NCBI GenBank assembly: GCA_951406725.2
Contig: OX597816.1
Span: forward strand, 38,254,001 to 38,318,000
Length of the DNA: 64,000 bases
Source of the DNA: Octopus vulgaris
Lineage: Eukaryota
Direction of reading: 5' to 3'
Below, piece by piece: positions 15,591-30,483 of this stretch (position 1 is its first letter; each line of letters starts with the position of its first letter). Under the pieces are notes generated by a model. It was given only the letters and a program-made list of their open reading frames with translations. It was not told the DNA's origin and ran no database searches. A program made the translations under genes and the position numbers.

Positions 15591-16400
15591 GTGTGTGTGT
15601 GTGTGTGATGTATGTATAAATATATATTATATATACACACATACATGACTAAGTGGTCGAACGGAAGAAAGCGGCACTGAGCATATTTACTAATCTCTGG
15701 GCGCCTGATGCGCTATGTACGGTGAACGAGCGCGTACGAAACTTTAAGTGGCATGGCGCCGAAGCAAACTGTTATTTAATGAATATTATATTTGCGCGCG
15801 CGTGTGTGTGTGTGTTTGTGTATATGCGCATCTGTCAATCTGTCTATCTCTCCATCTATCTATCTACCTTTTTACACACACACACACACACACACAAACG
15901 CCACCACTCACATACACACGCCACACACACACACTTGTGCGTGTAAGGAGTTCCGGATGTATCTTCATAAACGATCGATTTTCGTCGTAAATTTGCACCT
16001 GTTAGCTAACATCCGTGGACGAGCTTCACAAAGCACACTAAAAAGGCCCATACTGGAATTGATTTACACATATACATACATATATATCTTTATACACACA
16101 CACACACAGAGGCACACACACATACACACACATATTCTTTCATTCTTTTATTTGTTTTAGTCGAAGATAGTTGCGCAGTGGGATTGAACCCAAAACCATG
16201 TGGTTAGGGAGCAACCACGCAGCCATGATATATACATATGAGAGGGATGATCCCTCTCAATTTTAATATGCTAGACCACTGGTGTGAAATTGATGTCAAT
16301 TAAATTAATATCCAATTTCTCACCCTCATTTTACATATATATATATATATATATATATATGTATTTATGTATGTATAAATATATATGTATGTTTATATAA

Positions 16401-16469
<69 letters not shown>

Positions 16470-16854
16470 TGTATGTATGTATATACACGTGTATACATAT
16501 ATGTAAATGTATGTATGCATCTATGTAAATAGGGTTATAATCAAATCTGTGTCCTCATGAATCATAATGAATCATAATGCTTTTAAATCATATTTAGTGC
16601 TACAAGTTATAGTTTCATCCAATGTAACTTTGTATTGTATCAATTCACCGCCTAACGATCTACTATTAAATGTTTTACATATTTGTCTACATGTATATAT
16701 CTGTGACTTTTATTAGGCAATGAAACATGTATAACGGAGAATAAAACATAACAATTTTTGTTCCAATCTTCTATTTTGGCATACATGCATACATACGTAC
16801 ATACACACATGCATATCTATATGTTTATATATCTATCTATCTATTTCCCATTCT

Positions 16855-16948
<94 letters not shown>

Positions 16949-17142
16949 GTGTACTGTTCTATGATAGTAGAATCAACAAAACTACTCCATCTGGTGAGTG
17001 ATAAATATTATCTATATACTTATATATAGATATAAATAAACATGGTCGTCTTTTTGAATGTTTTGCGTTCTTGTCCCATTTTGTATTTATATATATATTT
17101 TTATACATACATACATATATATAGATATGATATGTATGTATG

Positions 17143-17189
<47 letters not shown>

Positions 17190-17223
17190 ATGTTAATTAA
17201 ATTAATATCCAATTTCTTACCCT

Positions 17224-17271
<48 letters not shown>

Positions 17272-17275
<4 letters not shown>

Positions 17276-17432
17276 AAAAGACGAACGCAGGTGGTGTAGA
17301 CAACAAACAGATGTATTAGTTTAACGCTCGGGAAGTGAAAAAGTCTTTAACGTTTCGAGCCTACGCTTTTCCACAGACAGGAACACAGGAAGAAACAAGG
17401 AGAGAAAATAAAGAATGTGTAGTGGCTAGCGA
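17272..17432 (-). mobile_element. Family H1 copy with degenerate hammerhead
   Basis: Minus strand CTGTGGA-A-AAGC-GTAG-GCTC-GAAA-C-GTT-AAAG at about 17345-17380; abuts (TA)n. Confidence 0.65.
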
Positions 17433-17480
17433 CCTCTCTCCCTATATATATATATGTATGTATATGTTATATATATGTGC

Positions 17481-17521
<41 letters not shown>

Positions 17522-17826
17522 AATGTGGGAATATGTGACCATATATTATTTTATACTTCATTTTATGTGGTGTGAAACCTGACAAGATATTTAAGGGCGC
17601 ACACATTCACAATTACACTATCCTTCCTGGTTGGCTCAGGAGTTGCTTATATTTGCACTTTGCCCTTGTCTATTATTTTTCGGGGTCGATAAAATAAGTA
17701 CCAGTTGAGTACTGAAGTCGATGTAATCAACTAACTCTCTCCCTCAGAATCTTAGGTCTTGTGCCTTTAGCAGAAATGTCACACACACACACACACATGT
17801 GCATTAACAATTCTACGAGATATCGA

Positions 17827-17915
<89 letters not shown>

Positions 17916-18039
17916 CATATATCATATATACATACATACATACATACATAAATATATACATATATATATATATATATATGATATATGCATACATATATAT
18001 ACATTTACAATATATTGATACCTCGTGGAATTCTTAATA

Positions 18040-18086
<47 letters not shown>

Positions 18087-18154
18087 TTTCTGCTAAAGGC
18101 ACAAGACCTGAAATTCTGGGGAGGTGGGTTAGTCTATTACATCGACTTCAAAAA

Positions 18155-18360
18155 TGTAACCACATGTGAATCGTTGGCGATTTATTTCTTCCCTCTTCCT
18201 TTTCCCTTGGACTTTCCTCTGTCTCCTGTTTCTGATGAAGAGCTTTGCTCGAATCGTAAAGCCTCCTTTCTTTCCTTCCCTGGGCGTGGGCTAATACTTT
18301 GCATGTACCACGTCCTCGCGTTGTAACTTTTTTCGTGTGTTTCTTCTTCATTTCTTTTTG
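18155..18360 (+). mobile_element. Family H2 copy with hammerhead-like core
   Basis: GTTT-CTGATGA-A-GAGC-TTT-GCTC-GAAT-C-GTA-AAG at about 18228-18261; homologous to 35285-35500 and 50287-50495. Confidence 0.65.
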
Positions 18361-18618
18361 TGGGGGGGATAATATGTGTGTATGCGCGCGCGCGCGAATG
18401 TATGTGTGTTTGTGTAAACGTGTTTGAATGCTGTGGGGATTTTTATGTTTGTTCCCAAACAACACTTATTTCAGTGCTGTTGATACCGACCGATTGTATA
18501 GTACTGCCCAGGTGTCGAAACCATAATGATATCCGTGGGGCAGCTGATGATGGAGATATGTTGGATTGTTGGTATACCTGTTTTTATATATGTGGAATTG
18601 TTTTATAACACATCCATT

Positions 18619-18701
<83 letters not shown>

Positions 18702-18755
18702 TGACTGCTAGCTCTAAAAGTTTTTCATTCTCTCTCTATTTAGTTCCTCGTGTTC

Positions 18756-18791
18756 CTTTCTGATGAAGATCGTAGGCTCGAAACGTAAAAG
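18756..18791 (+). ncRNA. Minimal type I hammerhead ribozyme motif with intact core (in the H1 copy at about 18705-18885)
   Basis: CTTT-CTGATGA-A-GATC-GTAG-GCTC-GAAA-C-GTA-AAAG: stem I CUUU/AAAG, CUGAUGA, stem II with one mismatch, GAAA, palindromic ACGU helix III, GUA site. Confidence 0.65.
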
Positions 18792-18889
18792 ACTTTCTCA
18801 CCTTCCCGAGCGTTAAACAAATACACCTTTTTGTTGTTTATACACCTGTCTTCGACTTTTGTTTTTCTGTAAATTTCAACTATATTTCA

Positions 18890-19457
<568 letters not shown>

Positions 19458-20606
19458 GTATATACATAGATACACACGCACACACACATATATATAAACA
19501 CATGTGTGTGTATGCGTACGTGCTTGGTTATATATCTACATGCGTATATATGTATTACACACATACATTTATAAACAAAGTATATATATATGTGTGTATG
19601 TGTGTGTTTGTATGTATTTATACACACACACACTCACTCATATATATATATATATACTCAACACAAACATGCATGATATATGTAATAGATGTGTATACAT
19701 GTGTATGAGCGCACGCAGGCAGTCAGGTAGGTGTAGGTTGATCGGTAGGTAGGTAGTTAGGTAGGTAGGTGGATAGGTAGTTATACAGCTGTGTGTGTAT
19801 ATATATATGCATGTGTGTGTGTGTGTGTGTGTGTGTAAAATGATCAGCGGAAGTTACGTGGTAATTGCCTGAATCGTGTAATTAGCGGGCCCCACATTAC
19901 ATGTAAGCAATAGCCAGAGAAATATTTATTGCTTATACAACAATACCGATTATCGTTTGTAATGAAATACAGCGGCATTGTCGAAGTAGTTTATTGAACT
20001 CAAGTGCCCGGTACGGCGATTAAAGATATGCTATTGACACGATCGATAAGTAATATAGCAATTTATATACTCTAAGTCATGTAATTGAGTTTGATTGTTT
20101 TTGTTTTGGTTATTGTTGTTGTCGTCACGATCTTTGCCGTAATCGTCGTCGTTTTAGCTCCTGCGACTCCTCTTCTCGATATTTATCCTTCAATCTGTCT
20201 TGAACGAATGGACCTTATAATCAAAGATCATCCAGCCTTGGCCTTTTGTTTTGTTTTTTTTTTACCTTTGTTGAGTATCGGGAAATTTATTTTACATTTG
20301 TTCTTTTCGTCAGTGACGTGTAATTTTATGAAAATTAGGTTGCTATTTCTGGCAAACATAGTGACGTACTAGGCGGGCGTTACCTCGTTACTTCTTATAT
20401 GGATTTAAGTCATCTGCAACAATATCACACACACACACACACAAACATAAATATAAATGTTTATATAAGATATGTATATATACATATATATACATACATA
20501 TATATATATATGTGTGTGTGTATATATATATATATGTATGTATTTATGCATGTATGTATTTATGTATGTATGTATGTGTGTATATATATATATATTTGAA
20601 TATATG

Positions 20607-20657
<51 letters not shown>

Positions 20658-20728
20658 ATATTTAAATGTATGTATATCTAAATGTATATATATGTGTGTG
20701 TTTGTGTGTATGTATTTATGTATGTATG

Positions 20729-20768
<40 letters not shown>

Positions 20769-20778
20769 ATATATATAT

Positions 20779-20826
<48 letters not shown>

Positions 20827-21037
20827 TCAAAAATTGTGAAGCATGACTGTCACCACTACTACATGAACCCGAAGATTGCAGAATTCAATGCATGAAAATA
20901 CCAGTTCAATCAGAATGAACATTTAACATTCTACTATTTCATTTTATTTTATTCAATTATAATATATTATCTTGTAATATATCATTATAAGATTGTAAAT
21001 AAAACGTGAAAATCAGACAAGGTTGGAATTATTTTTA

Positions 21038-21183
<146 letters not shown>

Positions 21184-21680
21184 CATGTATGTATATCTAA
21201 ATGTATATATATATACATCTATGTATATCTAAATGTATATATATATATATATATATGTATATCTAAATGTGTATATATTACGAGGTAGTGTTGAAAAATT
21301 CTTGGCTTTGGGTATAAGAAGATGCAGGATCAGTCCTTACACAGGAAGGTATAATCATATGAATTCACTGTACTTTAGATAAATTGGTTTAAAATGTTAC
21401 AGGTAAATTTTAGTTACCCGAAAATGTTGATTAAATGTTGATTCTTACTTTCAAGCAAATTTCTTTTTTTTTTTAATTCCAGAATGGGTCAAGAAAATCT
21501 CACATACCCTCTGGATTTCTCCCTGCAGAAATGTGGCCCCATGTAAAATTACCAAAGTGTAAAGTTTGAGTGCTATATCTTGGAACATACATACCTGCAC
21601 ACGTACATATATGCAAACACAGATTGCATTTCATACATATATACATATCATACAATATATCACATACATAATTTAATATA

Positions 21681-21729
<49 letters not shown>

Positions 21730-21854
21730 AGAGAGGGAGAGAGATACAAATATACAATACACTATACATATATTCATACATATATTACCTACATACACGT
21801 ATGTAAATCTACCTATTAAGCAATCAATCAATCCATGTATCTCTATTTGCATCT

Positions 21855-21935
<81 letters not shown>

Positions 21936-22551
21936 CATACATACATACATACATACATACATACATACATACATACATACATACATACATACATACATAC
22001 ATACATACATACATACGTACATTCATGCATACATTATAGTATATATTATATGCGCAGATATATATACGTACACAATAACTGCATATATATATACATATAC
22101 ATATATACAAACATACGTTACATATACACATAATACATGCATACATATGCTATATACACATATAAAAATGATAAAAATATTTTCTAATATGGCTATGTAT
22201 TTCTGTAGTATATATATATATATATATAGTTACACACATGTATGTATATACATATAGATAAATAGATAGATAGATTGGTAGGTAGGTAGGTAGAGAGATA
22301 GATATAAGTATATTTAATTATTTCTTTCTATCTCTCTTTCACTCATACACTCTATATATATATATATGTATACGCATATGCATATATACATACATATACA
22401 TATACACATATATACAGACGCAAATGTATGCATGTATGTGTACACACATACATACATACATACATACATTTAATATTAAATGCATGTATGTACACAAATA
22501 CATGTATAGATTTGCATGTGTGTATATGTATGAGTATATAATAAAGCACAT

Positions 22552-22707
22552 AGGCGTAGGAGTGGCTGTGTGTAGTCTGCTTACCAACCACATGGTTCCG
22601 AGTTCAGTCCCACTGCGTGGCACCTTGGACGTGTCTTCTACTTTAGCCTCGGGCCGACCAAAGCTTTGTGAGTGGATTTGGTAGACGAAAACTGAAAGAA
22701 ACTCGCC

Positions 22708-22774
<67 letters not shown>

Positions 22775-23003
22775 CGTACGTGTGTGTGTATATGTTTGTG
22801 TATCTGTGTTTGTACCCCCCCCCCCCGATCATCGCTTGACAACCGATGCTTTTGTGTTTACGTCCCTCGTAACTTAACGGTTACGATAGAATAAGTACAA
22901 GGCTTACAAAGAATAAGTCCGGGAGTCGACATGCTCGACTAAAGGCGGTGTTGCAGCATGGCCACAGTCAAATGACTGAAACAAGTAAATGAGTAAAAGA
23001 GTA
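22552..23003 (+). mobile_element. SINE family A full-length copy
   Basis: Runs from ggcgtaggagtggctgtgtg to gtaaatgagtaaaagagt. Confidence 0.9.
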
Positions 23004-23406
23004 CTAGATACTTGTGTAATTTAAGTGCGTTATAGTTATTTGATGACTAAGATAAACGTTTCATTTCTAAGTGAATCTATTGTGGAAACGCTTGGAATCG
23101 AATTGGCATAATCTCTTAATTAGTTAATTAGTCATCAAACTATTAATATATTGCAATTTATAGAAGGTAGCGCGCTAGGAGAATCGTTAGCATGTCTGGG
23201 AAAAATGATTGGTGGGCATTTCGTTCTGAGTTCAAATTCCGTGTATATCGATTTTGCTTGTCATCCCTTTTAAGGATCGATAAAATAAGTATCATTGGAA
23301 TACTAGTGTCGATGTAATCGATTTACCCACTCCCAGAAATTGCTGGCCTTGTGCCAAAATTTGTACAAATATATTACAATCTACTTTCTAAAGTAATGTT
23401 TACCAT

Positions 23407-23715
23407 AGGCGTAGGAGTGGCTGTGTGGTAAGTAGCCTGCTTACAAACAACATGGTTCCGGGTTCAGTCCCACTCCGTAGCACCCTGGGGCCGACCAAAG
23501 CCTTGTGAGTGGATTTGGTAGACAGAAACTGAAAGAAGCCCGTCGTTGATGCTGGTATGTTTTCGTCCCCGTAACTTAGCGGTTCGACAAAAGACACCAA
23601 TAGAATAAGTACTAGGCTTACAAACAATAAGTCCTGGGGTCGATTTGCTCGACTAAAGGCGGTGCTTCGGCATGGTCACAGTCAAGTGACTGAAATAAGT
23701 AAAACAGTAAAGAGA
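23407..23715 (+). mobile_element. SINE family A copy lacking the internal microsatellite segment
   Basis: gcccgtcg joins directly to tgatgctggt; head and tail are intact. Confidence 0.85.
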
Positions 23716-23794
23716 GTATATTAAACACACAGAAACATATACACTCATACATACACACATAAATATATATATGCGTGTGTGTAAATATATATAT

Positions 23795-23886
<92 letters not shown>

Positions 23887-24556
23887 TAGATATATAGCAC
23901 ATACATATATATACGTATATACAGGCACACATACATATGTATGTGTGTATATATAAATGTATGTGTGTTTGTGTGCGTGTGTGAGTATGAAACTATCTAG
24001 CTATGTAAACTCGTTGGCGTTACATAGAATGGAACACAAGCAACATTAAAATATTCGTTTTAAAATCTATTTACTTAGACATATATACACATATAAGTGA
24101 AAATAACAACCAAGTCTTCCTACTCTCTTAAAAAAAAACGAAAACACTTAAGTCATATTGCGCAATATAATTCCGGATGTACCAAAAGAAAAGACGGTCA
24201 TGGTTCGAAGGTTTTAAATTATATGCTTGATCAACATCTGTAACGACAACTACAGTAATAAGAACTAATGTCTTCTCACGTCTTTTCTAGTCGATACTGC
24301 CTCTACTTACGAAAACTGCTTACAGTTATGTAGTACATATAGACAGCTAGTTGGTCTGTGCTATTGAGAGCTATGTCCAGGGCGGCTCTACGGTAGGTTC
24401 TTGTTATGGAAAGATGAACCAACTAAATGTCTTTGACAAGATTCCAAAATACTGCCTACTTCTCAGCTGGCTGTTTAAAGCCTTACTTATTAAACTTGTT
24501 ACTTGTGAGTCTCAGCACACAAACATCCATACAAACTCCATATAAAGCTGTCTGTG

Positions 24557-24665
<109 letters not shown>

Positions 24666-24755
24666 TGTGTGCAGGGAGAGTTTACAAAAAAAACAAAAGG
24701 CGAAGACAGGTGGTGTACAAAACAAACAGATGTATTAGTATAACGCTCAGGAATA

Positions 24756-24825
<70 letters not shown>

Positions 24826-24923
24826 GATGATATATCTTATATATATATATAAGATGTATACGTAAATATGTATTTATTTACACCTTTTTATTTATTTCTC
24901 TGTGTATGTATGTATATAGAGAA

Positions 24924-24989
<66 letters not shown>

Positions 24990-25047
24990 CTATGTATATA
25001 CATATACATACGCGCACCCACACACATGTATTTATATATATGGTGGT

Positions 25048-25368
25048 GACCCCCTTCGGTCAGACACTGACCATGGGTTTGCACCTTGAGAGTTACCCTC
25101 TGAGGCACAAGTCTGGGCAAGGTTGTTTTATGGAAGACCAGCAGTCGCCCATGCATACCGGCCTCCCCTCTCCACGTCACCGATGTTGTCCAAGGGAAAG
25201 ACAAGGGCCGATACAGCTTGGCACCTGTGACGTCGCAACTCATTTCTACAGTTGAGTGAACTGGAGCAACGTGAAATAAAGTGTCTTGCTCAAGAACACA
25301 ACACGCAGCCCGGTCCGGGATTCGAGCTCACAACCTCACGATCGTAAGCTCGATGCTCTAACCACTGA

Positions 25369-25372
<4 letters not shown>
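25048..25372 (-). mobile_element. SINE family C copy
   Basis: Collinear with 14211-14539. Confidence 0.85.
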
Positions 25373-25411
<39 letters not shown>

Positions 25412-26129
25412 ATGTACTCACACACGCTGACGCGCGCCCGCGCAAAATAGTGGAAAGGGTGAGATGTCTACATAATAGCTAAACCTGCTAGAAATAGCAC
25501 CCAAATTCTCTGCAAATTACATTTTTTCCAACTAAAAAATGAGAAGCAGCTATGAAGAATATATATCTGGGTATTGTCTAAAAATAAAACGGGATAGTCA
25601 TAGCTGAAACGCTTTGATCATTGCCTTGCATGGTTAATGCCGACATGAAGTTAAATTGCAATAATCGAAAATAATCAAAGCGTTTCAATCAATCAACAAA
25701 AACGATCTACCAATTCGATTGATTGTTAATTCTCTGTCAAATCATCCGTAGATGGTTAACATCTGAGGGAATCATTCATGGGTAGTTGACTTCTCAAGGA
25801 TCATTGCATGGATGATTATCATCTTGTAGATTGATCCATTCATGGATATTTGATTTCTGGTGAATGATTTCATGGATGGTTGACAAGTGTGGGACTTGTC
25901 CATGGATGATTGATTGACATTTGGATCATCCATCTACGGGTGATTGATTAACATAGACTTCATCCATGAATCGCTGACATACGATACATCCAACCATGGA
26001 TGACTGACTTCTGGCGAATCACTCTATGAATGATTTGATATTCATGGGGCCCATCCATGGAAGAAACATAAGCAATCATATGTTTAAATATTTCTGGTGT
26101 GATACTCTCTCTCTCTCTCTCTCTTTTAC

Positions 26130-26410
26130 TCTGTAAACGTAAACACACGAGCATCGGTTGTCAAGCGATGTTGGGAGGAGACAAACACAGACACACAAAC
26201 ATAAACACACACACATACAAATATATATATATATATATATATATACGACGGGCTTCTTTCAGTTTCCGTCTACCAAATCCACTTACAAGGCTTTGGTTGG
26301 CCTGAGGCTATAGTAGAAGACACTTGTCCAAGGTGCCACGCAGTGGGACTGAACCCGGAGCCATGTGGTTCGTAAGCAAGCTACTTACCACACAGCCACT
26401 CCTACGCCTG
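26130..26410 (-). mobile_element. SINE family A copy (3' part deleted)
   Basis: Reverse complement of the family A head and body. Confidence 0.85.
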
Positions 26411-26769
26411 AAGTTAATAAGTATTATAAGTTTTCAGACTATTTAATAAAGTTCGTCTTTAAGGATGAAAAATAAGTTTAATATTTACATTTACACTACG
26501 TTTACATTTGAACCTTGATTTCAAGGTTTGGCACAAAGCCAGCAATTTCGGGAGAAGGTGTAAGTCGATTACATCAACCCCAGTGCTCAAGTAGCACTTA
26601 TTTTATCGATTCCCAGAGGATGAAAGACAAAGTCGACCTCGGCGAAATTTGGACTCAGAGCGTAGGAACGGACGAAATACCGCTAAGCATTTTGCCCGAC
26701 GCGGTAACGATTCTCGTAGCTCGCCGCCTTCCAAATATTAAATATTAACTGTATTTTCGTCCGTAAGCA

Positions 26770-27330
26770 TGATTTCAATAGTCATGTAAATAATATGTCA
26801 ATACACAGTTACTTGTAATTATAATGTCAATAGTGATTTGTAAATATCATGTCAATACTCATTCATTTGTAATTATTATATCAATAATGATTTGTAAACA
26901 TCATGTCAATACACAGTCACTTGTAATGTCAATATACAGTTACCTGTAATCATGACGTCAAATGTCACTTGTAAATGATGTCAATATACAGTCATTTTTA
27001 ATTATAATATCATAGTCACCTGTAAATATGAAGTCAATGCGCAGTCACTTGTAATTATGATGTCAATATTGACTTGTAAATAGGATGTCCATACAGTCAC
27101 CTATAATCATGATGTCAATTGTCACTTGTAAATATGATGTCAATATACAGTCATTTGTAATTATAATATCAATAATCACTAGATATGTATATATATGTTA
27201 ATAGTCACTTATAATTATAATGTCAATGACCACTAGCAAATATGATGTCTATACACTGTCGTTTGTGATGATATGATTAGTTGCAAATATTACATCAATA
27301 GTCAGTTATGAGAAAACAAGATGTCAATAG
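26770..27330. repeat. Degenerate AT-rich minisatellite (about 22-28 bp units)
   Basis: Recurrent gtcaat(acac)agtcacttgtaa(t/a)tat(g/a)at units, roughly 20 copies. Confidence 0.8.
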
Positions 27331-27852
27331 ACGTAAAAAGTTTAAACTTTAAGAAATGTTGACATGGAAAGCGCCATACGTATATTTTCCAGTGATAGTT
27401 TTAGCTCGTGGAAAAATGGAACTGCAACAATCGGGAAGTGAAACTGAGATGTTAACACAATTCTAACAGATTTTATTTCACGCAAAGCCACTGCCTGTTA
27501 TATGATTATACACAAATTAGTATATTCACACGTACATATATATACAAATATATATATATACACGATCGCGTACACACATGTATTCATAATGACAGGTCTC
27601 CATCGAAGGGTATTTAAACTGTTTGATCAACGAATCGACCTATTGTTTGTTTGCTTGCCTTAGCGTGTAAGTGGTTGAGTATTCCGAAGAGGTGTGTAAC
27701 CTTAACATGACAGAATCAGTGTGACGAGTCTGCAGGTTTGAATTCCAGGTGGAATCCATTCGATGGGTTTCTAAATGGTTTCCGTCTTCACAGCTTCACT
27801 AACAATACTCGGATTGGCATGAAAGTAGAGCAGAATATATGTATGTGTATAT

Positions 27853-27958
<106 letters not shown>

Positions 27959-27967
27959 CATATGTGT

Positions 27968-28019
<52 letters not shown>

Positions 28020-28024
28020 CTTTT

Positions 28025-28415
28025 GTACTCTAGGCACAAGGTCCGAAATTTGGGGGATGGGAGCCTGGTCGATTACATCAACCAGTACGCAACTGGTACT
28101 TAATTTATCGAATCCGAAAGGATGAAAGGCAAAGTCGACCTCGGCGGAATTCGAATTCAGAACGTAAAGACAGACGAAATATTTATTTCTTTACTACCTA
28201 GAAGGGGCTAAACACAGAGAGGACAAACAAGGACAGACAAAGGGATTAAGTCGATTATATCGACCTCAGTGCGTAACTGGTACTTATTTAATCGACCCCG
28301 AAAGGATGAAAGGCAAAGTCGACCTCGGCGGAATTTGAACTCAGAACGTAACGGCAGACGAAATATGGCTACGCATTTCGCCCGGCGTGCTAACGTTTCT
28401 GTCAGCTCGCCGCCT
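28025..28415 (-). mobile_element. Two adjacent or nested SINE family B copies
   Basis: Two successive gaaaggatgaaaggcaaagtcgacctcggcggaatt cores; the second ends in the head gctcgccgcc. Confidence 0.85.
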
Positions 28416-28430
28416 AAAATAAGAATGAAA

Positions 28431-28490
<60 letters not shown>

Positions 28491-28501
28491 ATATATATAT
28501 G

Positions 28502-28538
<37 letters not shown>

Positions 28539-28597
28539 ATATATATATATATGTATGTATGTATATATATGTATATATATATATGTATGTATGTATA

Positions 28598-28645
<48 letters not shown>

Positions 28646-28713
28646 GGAGTAAACACATAAAAGTGAAACAAGGTTGAAAAAGAGTACTCAAATACCAGTG
28701 GTAGAGTAATATG

Positions 28714-28861
28714 CTTTATTTTAAGCAGCAGAAAATTCAACAAAATCTGTTACTCTGAGTTTCTCGTTGCCGTTCATCAGACAGTTTTTGCTGTCTGATG
28801 AACGGCAACGAGAAACTCAGAGTAACAGATTTTGTTGAATTTTCTGCTGCTTAAAATAAAG
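28714..28861. repeat. Perfect 71-bp-arm hairpin in the Gbx intron, containing a hammerhead-like core
   Basis: Arms 28714-28784 and 28791-28861 are exact reverse complements around the loop TTTTTG; the right arm contains CTGATGA-ACG-GCAA-CGA-GAAA-CTC. Confidence 0.9.
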
Positions 28862-29216
28862 TATATATATATATATATATATATAATTAATGTTTGTTTT
28901 ATGTTCAGTTATAATAAAGAAAAAAATAATTTTACATTAATCAGATGAGTTGTTCTGTATTCTTATAGGATACAAATTTAATTTTCTTATACAAGAATGT
29001 TGCGCTGACAATGACTTCGAAGTTTCGGCCTTTCAGGCTCAGAGAGATACGTGTAAACACAATATTTATATAGACATGAATATATGGCAGTATTCAAATA
29101 CAAACAGGGAGAGATACTCCACAACTTTACCAGAATCCAAATGGAAAATGTGACTCACCTGGAGTTGATTCTTGTGTACTTCAATGAAATATTATAAAAC
29201 AATAGATGTGGCTTAC

Positions 29217-30045
29217 CTTTGTTAGGGGAATGTTGTCTGTAGTCCGATAGAGGGCTCGAGGAAGTCTCCTCGCGTTCCGTTTGATGTGATTGAAGGCTGT
29301 TGTGCCGACAGTGGTGAGAGGAAGGGGGTTGAGTTGGGCGCTGATGCGCATGTAGGTTGACCAGATGGCCGAGGGGACTTGAAGTGGCCGTGGTCAGCGT
29401 TGTGGGTGCAGAGAAATTAGTTAATGTGTCCGATAACGAGCAAGTCGATGACAACGGTGATGATGACGACAATGAAGATGATTTCATGTTCGATGTAGAT
29501 AAATGAAGAGTAGGCGATGCATCTGAGACAGAATTAGGGGTCAACGTGAAAGTACTGGTGTGCTGGGGTCGTACTATAGCTGATGGTGGTGATGATGATG
29601 CTGATGTAATCGAGATAGGGCCTGATGTCAGGGCCGGATGAGGACCGTTAGTTAAATTTCCCGCCCCGGTATGATTCATTGTCAACATAGACGGAGTATG
29701 TGGGGTTATGGTTTGTCCGCTCGGGGTCGTCGCTAATGAAGGATTAGACGGCCCCAGAAGAGAAATCGACGAAGGTGAAGATCTACTCATAAAACCTGTA
29801 TGACCAATAACAGCTGCTGCAGCCGCTGCGGCGCTGGACGCTCGTGGATCGAGTGACATCGTCGACGTCATACCGGGTAAACTGGCCGCCGATGACGACG
29901 TGAAAGCGTGAGCAGCCGTAGCTGGGTCTGTAACCGGTGGCAGAAACATATACCCACTGTATAACAGTGGGGCAGAGAGCCGGGGCTGCGGAGCCATTAG
30001 GGAGTCTATTGTAAAAGCACTACTGTACGACGGTCGGTGGTGCAT
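29217..30045 (-). CDS. Gbx: First coding exon of a Gbx/unplugged-class homeobox transcription factor (N-terminal part; homeodomain exon not in window)
   Basis: Only long non-repetitive ORF in the window. It starts MHHRPSYSSAFTIDSLMAPQPRLSAPLLYSGYMFLP, matching the Gbx N-terminus (vertebrate Gbx2 QRPLGSSTAFSIDSLIG...FVYTGYPMFMP), with an eh1 motif FTIDSLM at 29995-30015. The body is Ser/Ala/Thr/Pro-rich. It ends at a strong donor AAG|GTAAGC (exon end 29217; 829 nt, phase 1). The ORF-track start at 30147 is a TTG; the first ATG is at 30045. Confidence 0.8.
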
Positions 30046-30326
30046 CCCGAAACTGGAAGTTAAAGAAATCGAAGCCACACAACCACCGTCACCGCCAACA
30101 CCACCAACACCACCGCCAACACTGTCGCCTCCACTAATAAATAACAAGCAATATATATATAAATATATATATATATATGTGTGTGTGTATATATATATAT
30201 AATGTATAAATCCACAGAATAAAGGTTTCTCCTGTCAATAAAAAAGCAAGCACTCCCTCGTCGTGTGTATGTGAGTGTGTGTATATATGTATATATATAT
30301 GTGTGTGTATGATATTAATGTATATG

Positions 30327-30362
<36 letters not shown>

Positions 30363-30439
30363 CTTTTTCTTTTCTGATTTTTTTTTTCTTTTCTATTTCC
30401 GAAATAAATTAAATCTTTTTTGTTTGCAATGTGATAGTA

Positions 30440-30483
<44 letters not shown>

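Noticed and set aside
21279-21312. Mariner-like terminus TACGAGGTAGTGTTGAAAAATTC
   Set aside because: No matching second TIR or transposase found.
26770-27330. CRISPR-like repeat array
   Set aside because: Units are degenerate with no unique spacers, there are no cas genes, and the context is eukaryotic.
29155-29216. C-terminal tail of the 330-aa ORF (KPHLLFY...)
   Set aside because: It lies beyond a consensus splice donor, so it is intron read-through.
30046-30147. Gly-rich N-terminal extension of the 330-aa ORF
   Set aside because: It starts at TTG next to a TA repeat; Gbx similarity begins at the ATG at 30045. An upstream exon cannot be excluded.
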